From: Dehalococcoidia bacterium
Lineage (GTDB): Bacteria > Chloroflexota > Dehalococcoidia > Lucifugimonadales > Australimonadaceae
Direction: 5' to 3'
Length of the DNA: 64,000 bases
NCBI GenBank assembly: GCA_965261385.1
Contig: CBDHDB010000002.1
Location: 1,850,314 to 1,914,313, forward strand
Shown here in pieces: positions 8,819 through 18,690 of this stretch (the first letter of the stretch is position 1; every line of letters starts with the position of its first letter). The translations under genes were made by a program, and so were the position numbers. The notes beneath the pieces are model-generated. The model did not search any database. It had not been told where the DNA came from and saw only the letters and a program-made list of their open reading frames with translations.

Positions 8819-9772
8819 ATGATTCTGATCGTCGGGGGTATGGGATTCATCGGACTGAACACCGCGCTGCGGCTGCTCGAAGTGGGCGAGAGCGTGGTCA
8901 TCACCCAGCACAGCTCCCACCGCGTGCCGGAAGCGCTGGAGCCCGAGCTGAACGAGCGCGTGTTCGTCGAGCGCGTCGACGTCACCAAGAACTACGAGGT
9001 CATGGAGGCGGCGCACCGCCACAGGGTCGACAGCATCATCTCCTTCGCGGCGCCGCCCGCGCGCGGCATCAGCCCCCAGGAGGACTACCGCGTCTACACC
9101 CAGGGACTGCAGAACCTGCTCGAGACCACGCGGGTGCTCGGCCTCGGCCGCCTCTCCCTCGCCAGCTCGACCTCGGTCTACGGCAGCCTGCCCGGAGGAC
9201 CGTTCCGAGAAGACATGCCGCTGCCCATCGCCTCGCGCACCCAAGTCGAGGCGTTCAAGAAGGGCATGGAGATACACGCCTCCCACTATGCCGGCCGCGC
9301 CAACATCGACGTCGTATCGCTGCGCATCGGGAGCATCTACGGCCCCTACTACTACAGCATGTTCAACCCCATGAGCCGCATGTGCCACGCGACGCTCAAG
9401 GGCGAAGACCCGGACTTCTCGGACCGCCCCGGCGGCGCCATCAGCGAGGACGATCAGGGCGACTGGACCTACGTCGCCGACCTGGCGCGCGGCATCCAGA
9501 TGGTCCACACTGCTGAGAGCCTCGCCCACGACACGTACAACATCGGCTCCGGGGCGGCCACGTCGACGAAAGAGGTGTTCGCGGCGGTGCGCAAGTCCCT
9601 GCCGGACGCCGTCTGCTCCGCGCTCAAGCCCGGCCGCAGCGCCGGCGCCAACCCGCCAAACCCGGTGATGGACCTCACCCGCATCAAAGAAGACGTGGGC
9701 TACGAACCCGAATACGACATCGAATCGGGCATCGCCGCCTACATAGACCACCTGCGCAACCACTCCCAATAG
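8819..9772 (+). CDS. NAD-dependent epimerase/dehydratase family protein
   Basis: MILIVGGMGFIGLN Rossmann motif. ATG 8819 follows AAGGGAGA. The N-terminal part of the track ORF (from 8162) is antisense to the MFS gene. Confidence 0.9.
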   Translation: MILIVGGMGFIGLNTALRLLEVGESVVITQHSSHRVPEALEPELNERVFVERVDVTKNYEVMEAAHRHRVDSIISFAAPPARGISPQEDYRVYTQGLQNLLETTRVLGLGRLSLASSTSVYGSLPGGPFREDMPLPIASRTQVEAFKKGMEIHASHYAGRANIDVVSLRIGSIYGPYYYSMFNPMSRMCHATLKGEDPDFSDRPGGAISEDDQGDWTYVADLARGIQMVHTAESLAHDTYNIGSGAATSTKEVFAAVRKSLPDAVCSALKPGRSAGANPPNPVMDLTRIKEDVGYEPEYDIESGIAAYIDHLRNHSQ

Positions 9773-9827
9773 CCGGGCCGCGCGGGAGGCCGAAAATCAC
9801 GACGGACACATTTCGGTTAGGAGGACC

Positions 9828-10364
9828 ATGGCGCCGGAGATCAATCCGTTCGAGTTGCCGGAGGACCGGAAGGGCTGGCGCGGCCTGGAGGTTTCAGGCC
9901 GCCCGCGCCGTCGCGTGTTCACCGTGCTCGAGACCGACCAGGTGCTGGTCACGGCCCTGATGCAGATGCCGGGCGAGCCGGGAGTGAGGCACTCCCATGA
10001 GAGCGGTGAGCTATCGTTCCGCTGGGCGGGCGACATGACCCCGTTCATCACCTGGCATCCGCCGGACGAGTGGCACGGAGGAAGCGCCGAGACCCGCGCC
10101 GACAAGTCGCAGGAGGTCGCGGAGGGCTTGGCGCTGCTGCGCTCCGAGCTGCGCTCCGGCGCCGCCGAAATCGAGTCGCTGCTGCGCATCGCCGAGACGC
10201 TCCAAGAGCAGATCGACAGCCTTCAGCATCAGGCGCGGAACGCGAAGGGGCCGGCCGGCGGGCCGGGGCTGATCATCGATCTGCTCTTCCCGCCGTTCAA
10301 GACCACGATAGAGGACCCCGCCTACCCCGAGGTCCGCACGCTCACCGGACAGTGGTACGACTAG
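9828..10364 (+). CDS. hypothetical protein, cupin-like with coiled-coil insertion
   Basis: PGVRHSHESGELSF resembles cupin motif 1. It is followed by a heptad-like Leu/Glu/Gln-rich segment of about 60 aa. Confidence 0.5.
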   Translation: MAPEINPFELPEDRKGWRGLEVSGRPRRRVFTVLETDQVLVTALMQMPGEPGVRHSHESGELSFRWAGDMTPFITWHPPDEWHGGSAETRADKSQEVAEGLALLRSELRSGAAEIESLLRIAETLQEQIDSLQHQARNAKGPAGGPGLIIDLLFPPFKTTIEDPAYPEVRTLTGQWYD

Positions 10365-10376
10365 GCACGCGCTGAT

Positions 10377-11669
10377 TTGATGCAGTCCACTCCTCGACCG
10401 CCCACCACGACTCCCCGCCGCCTCTTCTACGGCTGGCGCATGGTCATCGCCGCCTTCTTCAGCCAGTCCATACACTCATCCCTGCTCTTCCTGTCCCAGG
10501 GCCTGTATGTCGTTGAGTTCGAGCAAACATTCGCCTGGAGCCGGGGCGCGATCTCCTGGGCCTTCGGCCTCCTGCGCATCGAGACTGGCCTGCTCGGCCC
10601 CATCCAGGGCTGGATGATCGACCACCTGGGGCCTCGTCCCGTCATGCGCCTCGGCGCGGTCTTCTTCGGAGGCGGGTTGATCGCCCTTGGCATGATTCAA
10701 GAGCTCTGGCACCTGTTTGCCGCCCTCACCCTTGTCGCCATCGGCACGAGCCTAGCCGGGTTCCTCACCATCAACACAACCCTTGCCCACTGGTTCGTGC
10801 GCCAGCGCGCCCGCGCCATGTCCGTCACGTCCATTGGGTTCGCATCCGGGGCCGTGCTCGCGCCCCTCGTTGCCTGGTCCATCACCACGTTCGGGTGGCG
10901 CGACACCGCCATCGCCTCGGGAATCATCGCGATAGCTGTCGGCCTGCCTGTATCGCAGGTCTTCCGACGGAACCCCGAGGAAGTGGGGCTGCTTCCGGAC
11001 GGCGACACCGCCGAGCAGATAGCGAAGCGCGCCGCCGCCAGGGGGACCGTGGGGACTGACTACGACTTCACCGTGCGCGAGGCTATCCGCGACCGCTCCT
11101 TCTGGCTGATTTCGATCGGCCACGGCTGGGCGCTCCTCGTCGTCGGCACGATTCCCGTGCATCTCGTGCCCCACCTCGTCGAGCAGAACGACTGGAGCGT
11201 CGCCCAGGCATCGTTGATTTTCCCGGGGCTGATGGTCTCGCAGATCATCGGTCAGGTCAGCGGCGGCATCATGGGCGACATCTACCCGAAGCGATTGCTC
11301 GCCGCCATAGCCATGCTTGGCCACGGCGCGGGAATCTTCGTTCTGGCTTTCTCCACGAGCGTCCCGGCGATAGTAATAGCCATCGCCCTCCACGGAATCG
11401 CTTGGGGCATGCGCGGACCGCTCATGATGGCGATCCGCGCCGACTACTTCGGCAGGCGGAGCCTCGGCCAGATCGCCGGCTGGTCGAACACGATCACGGC
11501 GGGGGGAAGCATCGTCGGCCCCGTCTACGCGGGAATCATGTACGACATCCAGGGCTCCTACACGCTAGCCTTCTGGACCCTAGGCGCGACGGTCGCCGCC
11601 GGAACGTTCTTCTTCCTCTTCGCCCGCCGCCCCCCGACCCCCGCCCGAGCCGCCGCCCACAGCGGCTAA
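10377..11669 (+). CDS. MFS transporter (oxalate/formate antiporter-like)
   Basis: 430-aa, roughly 12-TM ORF. Confidence 0.85.
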   Translation: MMQSTPRPPTTTPRRLFYGWRMVIAAFFSQSIHSSLLFLSQGLYVVEFEQTFAWSRGAISWAFGLLRIETGLLGPIQGWMIDHLGPRPVMRLGAVFFGGGLIALGMIQELWHLFAALTLVAIGTSLAGFLTINTTLAHWFVRQRARAMSVTSIGFASGAVLAPLVAWSITTFGWRDTAIASGIIAIAVGLPVSQVFRRNPEEVGLLPDGDTAEQIAKRAAARGTVGTDYDFTVREAIRDRSFWLISIGHGWALLVVGTIPVHLVPHLVEQNDWSVAQASLIFPGLMVSQIIGQVSGGIMGDIYPKRLLAAIAMLGHGAGIFVLAFSTSVPAIVIAIALHGIAWGMRGPLMMAIRADYFGRRSLGQIAGWSNTITAGGSIVGPVYAGIMYDIQGSYTLAFWTLGATVAAGTFFFLFARRPPTPARAAAHSG

Positions 11670-11837
11670 GGGACCCCAATGGGTTCGTGGTGAGCCTGTC
11701 GAACCACGAGGCCTGCCAATCAGCGCCCCTCTCTCCGCCAACCTCTAGTGTTCGGGGGCAGGGCCGCCGTGTAGTCTGTGATTTGATATGTAGGGCCCTA
11801 GTCACGACCACCCAATCCTTCTTTGAGGTGCTCCACC

Positions 11838-12672
11838 ATGAACTCAGTCATTGACGCCTGGCGCGATCAGATATTGGCGCACGAGCGCGATGCCACGGCG
11901 CAGCGCAGCGACGGACATGGGCACGGTCAAGGTCACGGCCACCGTAGTTTTACGCGAGCTAACAGACCCCTGGATCCCTACCGCACCGACGACCCGGTGC
12001 TGAATAGCCTCTACGCCGCCTTAGGGACGGATGCCGACGTCCTTGATGTCGGCGGGGGGCGCAGGCCGATTTGCGCTCCCCCTAGCGACGCGAGCCAAGC
12101 ACGTGATCGTCGTCGAGCCGTCCGCGGACTCCGCCGAAATGCTAAGGACCCGCGCGGCAGAGGCCGGACTCACCAACATCACGGTTATCAACGAGCCGTG
12201 GGAAGACGCGGAGGCGCCCTCGGCGGACATGGTGCTCTGCTCTCTGGTGCTGCACCACGTGCCGGACGCCGCGCCCTTCGTGGCGAAGATGCAAGAGCAT
12301 GCCAAGGACCGCGTAGTGGTGGTGGAGATGATGGAGGCGCCGGGGGCGCTGGAGGTCCCCTTCTACGAGCGGGTGTACGGCTCGGCCCCGACGCCTCTGC
12401 CGGGGCTCCCAAACGTGCTGGACCTGCTGTGGGCCATGAACATCTTCCCTGATGTGGCGATGCTCAGCTCTGAGGCAGCGGTGCTGGACACGGACCGCGA
12501 TGCGGCGCTGGAGCAGCTGCGGCGTCGGCTGGGCGTGAGGGAAGGCGCTAAGGCGGACGAGCGGCTGCGCGCCGCCGCGGACGACCTGCTGGAAGAGACT
12601 CCTGAGGGCTTAATCGTCCGGGGCGTGGCCCCGCAGCGGCAGGCCATCGTCACGTGGAGGCCCACGCACTAG
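11838..12672 (+). pseudogene. class I SAM-dependent methyltransferase, frame broken at a G-run
   Basis: The N-terminus (MNSVIDAWRDQ...DADVLDVGGG) is in the frame of ORF 11823. The rest (AGRFALPLATRAKHVIVVEPS...) is in ORF 12031. The SAM motif VLDVGGGAGRF is split exactly at the 6-G run 12054-12059. ATG 11838 is preceded by GAGGTG. Confidence 0.7.
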
Positions 12673-12800
12673 GTCTAGCGCCCAGTGATGCCTGTACGTT
12701 GAGCGGCTACCAGTCCTCAGCAAGTTCGTACCGGTGTCCCGCTGTTGCCAGTTGCCAACGGAAATAGCGCCAGCGAGGCTGCCACTGCGCCGTCAGCGGA

Positions 12801-12940
12801 TACTGGCCGGGATACGACAGCGAGGTCGTGCTCCCACTAACATGGGACTGATGAACAAGACCGCAATCATGGTTCTGTCTATCGTCAAGTTTGATGGGGC
12901 CACTCTCGATGAGGAAGACCATCCTGATCCAGTCTTTTGA
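12801..12940 (+). pseudogene. decayed fragment of a sulfatase paralogue
   Basis: 12801-12835 matches 13586-13620 inside the sulfatase gene at 33/35 nt (YWPGYD.EVVLP). Downstream, GLMNKTAIMV and KFDGATL...DHPDP parallel GLIDKTAIIF and KFSDGTL...GDPGS of the intact gene. Deletions and frame changes are present. Confidence 0.55.
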
Positions 12941-12976
12941 CTTCAAGTGGATCTGTTCCTCGGGGGAGGTTAACTT

Positions 12977-14410
12977 GTGGTACATTCTTGGAAGCAGATC
13001 ATAGGAGCGTCTAAGTTGAATGTGCTCTGGATAGTTGCTGACACATTCCGCAGGGATCACGTAGGCGCCTACGGCAATCCGACGATTCGAACACCTTCTC
13101 TCGATGCGCTGGCAGCCCGGTCGGTCAGGTTCGATGGACACTATGCTGCTGGATTCCCGACTATGCCCACCCGAGCAGATCATCACACGGGACGCTGGAC
13201 GATGTCTTTTATGGGGTGGGAACCTCTGCCTGTAGGCGTGACCACCCTGGCGGAGATGCTGGCCGATCGCGGCCTTCACACGGCGGCGTCGGTGGACACC
13301 CCTTATTATCTAAGGGATGGAATGAACTATGACCGGGGCTTTCAGTCCTTTTTTATGAACAGGGGCCAGGATACTCTCTGGTCCTTGGTTCCTCACCCCG
13401 GCTATCATCATGAATCACAAGATGTCCGAGCGGCATGGCGATACGAATCGGACCGGAATGCCCCTCGAACCTTCATGACTGCCATACAGTGGTTGGAACA
13501 TCACTACAAAGAGGATTTTTTCCTCTACATAGACACCTGGGACCCCCACGAACCCTGGGACGCTCCCCCCCACTACACAGAGCTATACTGGCCGGGATAC
13601 GATGGCGAGGTCGTGCTCCCTCTATACGGAAACTGGCATGACGTCCCAGGATACGACGAAAAGAGACTTCAGAAGGGTCATGCCACCTATTGTGGCGAGA
13701 TCACTATGGTCGATACGTGGTTGGGTTTCTTGCTAAAGTCCATTGAGAACATGGGCCTGATTGACAAGACTGCGATCATCTTCACCACAGACCATGGTTT
13801 CTACTTTGGGGAACATGGCGGCCTCTTCGGCAAGATGAACTCAGCCAAGTTCTCGGACGGGACGCTTCGGCCCTATGGAGATCCAGGATCAAAGTGGGCG
13901 TACTCTCCCCTTTTCGAGGAGCTTGTCCACCTCCCACTTCTGATTCACATGCCCGGAGTATCTCCAGGGGTATACAAAGGCCTGAGCTCCGCCGTCGATG
14001 TCATGCCGACCGTACTCGATCTGCTGGAGATGGAGATTCCGGCCTTCGTTCAAGGCAGGTCTCTTGTGCCCGGGATGCGAGATACTTCCATCCCAGGCCG
14101 GGAGTACGTAATCAGCAGCATTCCCTTCGCGAACCCTGGCGATCCGGTTCATTCCGTGGACAATTTGCTCCGTCCCCTCTCAGATTATCCGGTCACCACT
14201 ATCACTTCTGGAGAGTGGAGTTTGCTTTACAGTCCTCAAGATGGTCGATCGGAGCTTTACAACCTGAAGTCCGATCCAAATCAGATGAATAACATGATAC
14301 AAGAAAAGACAGACGACGCCAGGGCAATCCATCAGCTCTTGGTTAAGTTCATGCATGAAACTAAGGTGCCAGACCGTTTACTAAAATCTCGATTGGAACT
14401 GCGTGCTTAG
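12977..14410 (+). CDS. sulfatase-fold (alkaline-phosphatase superfamily) hydrolase with Thr at the nucleophile position
   Basis: IVADTFRRDH...GFPTMPTRADHHTGRW aligns to the sulfatase signature C/S-x-P-x-R as T-M-P-T-R. A TTDHGFYFGEHG metal-site motif is present. G+C is low. Confidence 0.85.
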   Translation: MVHSWKQIIGASKLNVLWIVADTFRRDHVGAYGNPTIRTPSLDALAARSVRFDGHYAAGFPTMPTRADHHTGRWTMSFMGWEPLPVGVTTLAEMLADRGLHTAASVDTPYYLRDGMNYDRGFQSFFMNRGQDTLWSLVPHPGYHHESQDVRAAWRYESDRNAPRTFMTAIQWLEHHYKEDFFLYIDTWDPHEPWDAPPHYTELYWPGYDGEVVLPLYGNWHDVPGYDEKRLQKGHATYCGEITMVDTWLGFLLKSIENMGLIDKTAIIFTTDHGFYFGEHGGLFGKMNSAKFSDGTLRPYGDPGSKWAYSPLFEELVHLPLLIHMPGVSPGVYKGLSSAVDVMPTVLDLLEMEIPAFVQGRSLVPGMRDTSIPGREYVISSIPFANPGDPVHSVDNLLRPLSDYPVTTITSGEWSLLYSPQDGRSELYNLKSDPNQMNNMIQEKTDDARAIHQLLVKFMHETKVPDRLLKSRLELRA

Positions 14411-14568
14411 TTCCTTCGAGGATCGGGCCCTAGCTAGTACTAGCGCGGCGCCGTCTCTGAGGAGAACGACCTAATGGAAGAAGTAGTCCGCATCCCCACC
14501 AGCTTGACCGAGCAGTCCTTGGACATCATTGATGTCTGGGCCTCCAGGCTACTGAGTGACGTTCAGCA

Positions 14569-15261
14569 ATGAGCCAAAGACATGATTTTTCCGAGACCTT
14601 CTACCGGCGTCACGCACAGCGTTACGCAGAAGTAAGCCACGGCTTTCTTCAGTCCATATATAGCAACGTCTCCCATTCGAGGCTCAGCGGCGATACGGAC
14701 CTGATGGACCGGCTCCAAGAGCTGGTCCCCACCGGGTCCCGAGGGCTGGACGCCGGTTGCGGCGCGGGCGCCCGCGATGTCTTTTTCTACTGGCGAAAGG
14801 GGTGTGACATCTACGGGGTTGACGCCATAGAGGAGAACATACAGGAGGCGCGTAGGCTTCACCCCGAGGTCGCTCAGCGGGTGTCCGTCGCCGACCTCCA
14901 AGAGCCTCTCAGCTATCCAGACGCCTCATTCGACTTCATCCTATGCAACGCGGTCATCCAGCACATCGCTCCACACATAGCCTTAGGAGTTACCCTGCCG
15001 GAGTTTGCCAGGCTTCTCGAAGCGGGGGGCGTTCTACAGCTTATGTTCAAGACTGGGAGAGGAGTCGCGACGGTTTACGATGAGGACTACAGCGCAGATA
15101 GGACCTTCCAACTTTACGGCGTGGACGAGGTGATCGGCCTCTTGGCGGATCAAGGCTTGAACGTGATCCCGGTGGAAGGTGAGAAGCTGGGAGGAGTCAT
15201 GTATTTCACGGACCCCAAGCCCATGGACCATTGCGTTCTATTCGCTCGCAAGGCCGGATGA
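14569..15261 (+). CDS. class I SAM-dependent methyltransferase
   Basis: GLDAGCGAGARD motif I and FDFILCNAVIQHI. Confidence 0.85.
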   Translation: MSQRHDFSETFYRRHAQRYAEVSHGFLQSIYSNVSHSRLSGDTDLMDRLQELVPTGSRGLDAGCGAGARDVFFYWRKGCDIYGVDAIEENIQEARRLHPEVAQRVSVADLQEPLSYPDASFDFILCNAVIQHIAPHIALGVTLPEFARLLEAGGVLQLMFKTGRGVATVYDEDYSADRTFQLYGVDEVIGLLADQGLNVIPVEGEKLGGVMYFTDPKPMDHCVLFARKAG

Positions 15262-15313
15262 AGGACGAGGCTTGTTGTCTCCGAGGACCGGGGGCTCCGC
15301 CCATAGCGCAGAG

Positions 15314-16411
15314 ATGACCAGTTTGACCATTCCCAAAGGCCTCCAGGAGATTACCCCCTTCTGGTTGACCGAGGCCCTTCACAGCAAAGGGGCGTCGAGC
15401 AGCGCTTCCGTGGTCCGGCGCTCGGCTGAGGCCATAGCCGAGGGGAAGGGGTTTATGAACCAGGTGGTCCGCCTGAGGCTTCACTACGACGATGACCCCG
15501 TGGACCTGCCGCACGCCGTGATAGTCAAGCTCCCCTCCGCAGACCCTGTACTAAGGATGATCGCCGACAAACTGGGACAGGACCGGCGCGAAGTCAGGTT
15601 TTACCAGGAAGCGCCAACCAACGGCGACATACAAATCCCTCACAGCTACTACTCCGCCATAGACTCAGCAACGAGGAACACCATTCTGCTGTTGGAGGAC
15701 GTGAGCAGCGGCCGCCAGGGCGATAGTGTGGTCGGATGCTCGCCGGCGGAGGCCCATCGCTGCATAGGCCAATTGGCCAAGTTCCAGGCATCTTGGTGGA
15801 ATAACCCCCACTTGGACAGGCTGGACTGGGCGCCGTTGAAGGACGCCGAAGCCGGGGTCTACCAGAAGCTCTACGCTGGCGCGTGGGAGTCCCTCATACG
15901 GAAGGCCGGCGCCGGAATGCCACGCGGGCTGCGACTACTCGGAGACCGCCTGGGCTCTGAGATACCGAAGATAAAGGCGAAGCTCACGAAATCCCCTAGA
16001 ACGATGATTCATGGGGACTACCGCCTCGACAATTGCTTTCTTCTGACCGATGGGGAGTCGCAATCGCTAGTCGTCTTTGACTGGGAGTTCTGCGCGCGCA
16101 GCCGGGGCGTCTACGATGTCGCCACGTTCATCAGCGAGGCGTTCCCTCCGCAACAGCGCAGGAACGAGGAGCTGAGTCTTCTTCACACGTACCACTCCAC
16201 GCTGGCAAGCAACGGCGTAAGCGACTACTCGTTTGAAGAGTGCTTATCCGATTACCGGCTCTCGATGTTGGATATGGTCGTTTTTTGGGTAGTCACGGGC
16301 GGCTACTGCGACTACAGCGGCGAGCGGGCGACCGTGTATCTGCACAACTCCTTGAAGCGTTTCGACGCCGCCATATCCGACCTTGCCTGCACTGAGCTAC
16401 TTTCAAGCTAG
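15314..16411 (+). CDS. phosphotransferase (APH/ecdysteroid-kinase-like) family protein
   Basis: ATG 15314 (MTSLTIPKGL...), an HGDYRLDNCF catalytic-loop motif and VVFDWEF. Confidence 0.8.
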   Translation: MTSLTIPKGLQEITPFWLTEALHSKGASSSASVVRRSAEAIAEGKGFMNQVVRLRLHYDDDPVDLPHAVIVKLPSADPVLRMIADKLGQDRREVRFYQEAPTNGDIQIPHSYYSAIDSATRNTILLLEDVSSGRQGDSVVGCSPAEAHRCIGQLAKFQASWWNNPHLDRLDWAPLKDAEAGVYQKLYAGAWESLIRKAGAGMPRGLRLLGDRLGSEIPKIKAKLTKSPRTMIHGDYRLDNCFLLTDGESQSLVVFDWEFCARSRGVYDVATFISEAFPPQQRRNEELSLLHTYHSTLASNGVSDYSFEECLSDYRLSMLDMVVFWVVTGGYCDYSGERATVYLHNSLKRFDAAISDLACTELLSS

Positions 16412-16646
16412 CTGCGTCGGCTGGCGCTCTCCCCTCCCCACCGGACATCCCCGCGCCCCCTTCCGTCTCCGCGCACGCGGAAACCTCGCAACCCTTTCCC
16501 CAGTCATTCCTCCCGCAAGCAAGAATCCTGGCGGGGCCTGACGTCCTCGTCCCTGTCTGCGTGGAACTTAGGGAAGGGCCGTCTGGGTGAAGGGAAAGGT
16601 AGGATGGCGAAACCAACGAAGAGCGCCCCACCCCGGAGACCAACCC

Positions 16647-18203
16647 ATGTTCGACACCCTCATAACCAACGCCAAGCTCATCGACGGCACAGGCCGGACC
16701 TGGTCCCACGCCGCCGTGGGCATCGAGGGCGACACCGTGACCGTCATAGAGGGCGACGTCTCAGCCGTCGAGGCGCTCCGGACGATCGATGCCGCCGGCA
16801 TGGTCGTCTGCCCCGGCTTCATCGACATGCACTCCCACTCCGACTTCGCGCTGCTCACGAATCCGCTCCATGAACCGAAAGTGAGCCAAGGCGTCACGAC
16901 GGAAGCCCTCGGCCAGGACGGCCTCTCCTACGCCCCCATCTCGGACGCCAACCGCCAGCACCTCGTCGACTACCTGGCCGCAGTCAACGGACGCCCGCCG
17001 GAAGGTACGCAGTGGACCTCCGTCGCATCCTTCCTCGACCTGTTCAACCGGGGCTCGTCCTGCAACGTCGTCTACTTCGTTCCCCACGCGGCGATACGCA
17101 TCGAAGCCATGGGATGGGCGGACCGCCTGCCGACCGACGAAGAGCTCGCGCTCATGCGACGGCTGGCGGTCGAGGGCATGCGCGACGGCGCCTTCGGCTT
17201 CTCGACCGGCCTCTCCTACGTCCCCAACGTCTACTCGAACACCGACGAGCTCGCCGCTGTCGCCGAAGCCGTCACCCCCTACGGCGGCATCTACGTCACC
17301 CACACCCGTTACGGGCTGGGCGACCGCCTGCTGGACCCGTTCCGCGAGGCCGTCTCCGTCGGCAAGCGGACCGGCGCCCCGGTCCAGATCTCCCACTACC
17401 ACAACCCGGTGCAGGGCATGGGCGAGAAGATGGTCGCGCTTGTCGACGAGGCCCGGGCCGACGATGTCGACGTCACGTTCGACCAGTACCCCTACCCCGC
17501 CGCCAGCACCGTCCTACTCTCGCTCATTCCCCCGTGGGTCCACGCGGGCGGCCCCGCCAGGCTCCTCGAACGCATCGCCACGAAGCAGGTGCGCGACGAG
17601 ATAGCGAACGACGTCTACCCCCAATGGGGAGGCTCCCTCGCCGATTACATGTTCGCCCACGTAGGCTCCGCGAAGAACAAGGAGTGGGAGGGCCGCTCGC
17701 TGCAGGACATGGCGGACGCCCAAGGGAAGCGCATGGTGGACACGATCTGCGACCTGCTCCTTGAGGAGCGTCTGGAGGTGGCGTTCGTGGCGCGCACCGG
17801 GAATCCGGAGAACATCCGCGCCATCATGCGCCATCCCGCTCAGATGGTGGGCAGCGACGGCCTTATGACCGGCGACATGCCCAATCCCCGCACCTACGGC
17901 ACGTTCCCCTACCTGCTCGGCCAAGCCGTTCGCGACGGGCTCCTCCGCTTGGAGGACGCAGTCCACAAGATGACCGGCGCCCCCGCCCGCCGCCTGGGTC
18001 TCAGGGACCGCGGCGTCCTCCGCGACGGCATGAAAGCGGACGTGGTCGTCTTCAACCCGGACACGGTCAGCGCCCAAGCCACCTTCGAAGACCCCAAGCG
18101 GCTGGCGACAGGGATCGAGCACGTTTTCGTGAACGGGACGCAGGTCTGGGAGCAAGGCCGGCACACCGGCGCCCTGCCGGGCCGGGCGCTCAGGAAGTCC
18201 TAG
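16647..18203 (+). CDS. N-acyl-D-amino-acid deacylase (D-aminoacylase) family amidohydrolase
   Basis: MFDTLITNAKLIDGTG...CPGFIDMHSHSD. ATG 16647 lies within track ORF 16587. Confidence 0.85.
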   Translation: MFDTLITNAKLIDGTGRTWSHAAVGIEGDTVTVIEGDVSAVEALRTIDAAGMVVCPGFIDMHSHSDFALLTNPLHEPKVSQGVTTEALGQDGLSYAPISDANRQHLVDYLAAVNGRPPEGTQWTSVASFLDLFNRGSSCNVVYFVPHAAIRIEAMGWADRLPTDEELALMRRLAVEGMRDGAFGFSTGLSYVPNVYSNTDELAAVAEAVTPYGGIYVTHTRYGLGDRLLDPFREAVSVGKRTGAPVQISHYHNPVQGMGEKMVALVDEARADDVDVTFDQYPYPAASTVLLSLIPPWVHAGGPARLLERIATKQVRDEIANDVYPQWGGSLADYMFAHVGSAKNKEWEGRSLQDMADAQGKRMVDTICDLLLEERLEVAFVARTGNPENIRAIMRHPAQMVGSDGLMTGDMPNPRTYGTFPYLLGQAVRDGLLRLEDAVHKMTGAPARRLGLRDRGVLRDGMKADVVVFNPDTVSAQATFEDPKRLATGIEHVFVNGTQVWEQGRHTGALPGRALRKS

Positions 18204-18290
18204 CCCCGGACATCTCGGCGTGTCGCTCTACCAGAGAGATGGCCTACAATTCAGGCAAGCGTCGAGGCTCGCTCTACGGGCGGTCCCGGC

Positions 18291-18338
18291 GCTGCATCAT
18301 GTATAGCGAGGTGAACCGGATTGGGAAAGTACATCGTT
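18291..18338 (+). repeat. conserved 5' leader, copy 1, of the tandem YCII-like genes
   Basis: GCTGCATCATGTATAGCGAGGTGAAC(C)GGATTGGGAAAGTACATCGT is nearly identical to 18691-18737, apart from one extra C. It contains GAGGTG followed by TTG. Confidence 0.8.
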
Positions 18339-18656
18339 CTTTATCACGCCCCTGTGTCGTTCGGTGAGGGCATGAAAGACGCCACTCCCGAGGACATGCA
18401 GAAAGGCATGGAGCCCTGGATGGCCTGGTTCGCCCGGTGCGGAGATAGTCTCGTGGACATGGGCGGTCCGCTGCGGAACGCACAGAGATTGACCAGCGCG
18501 GGCAGCTCGCCCAGCGACACGAACATCGTGGGATACTCGATACTGGAAGGCGAGAGCATGGAAGCCGCGAAGGCGCTACTCGAAGGCCATCCACACATAC
18601 AGTGGATGGTCGGCTGCGAGGTTGAGGTCCACGAAGTGCATATTCCCGGCGCGTAG
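18321..18656 (+). CDS. YCII-related / dimeric alpha-beta-barrel-like small protein (paralogue 1)
   Basis: 111-aa ORF with TTG start. The pattern KYIVLY...W..W.....G.L...GGPL...GYSILEGESMEAAKALLEGHPH...VEVHEV recalls COG3795/YCII proteins. Confidence 0.65.
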   Translation: MGKYIVLYHAPVSFGEGMKDATPEDMQKGMEPWMAWFARCGDSLVDMGGPLRNAQRLTSAGSSPSDTNIVGYSILEGESMEAAKALLEGHPHIQWMVGCEVEVHEVHIPGA

Positions 18657-18690
18657 TTCAGCGATGGGCGGAGCAGACCATCCTCTCGGT

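Noticed and set aside
8162-9772. 536-aa ORF as one gene
   Set aside because: The first 219 or so codons are antisense to the MFS gene and are compositionally junk (R/H/D-rich). The Rossmann-fold epimerase begins at ATG 8819 behind an SD-like sequence.
12707-13279. 190-aa minus-strand ORF
   Set aside because: It is antisense to the sulfatase gene start and the sulfatase remnant, and has no motif.
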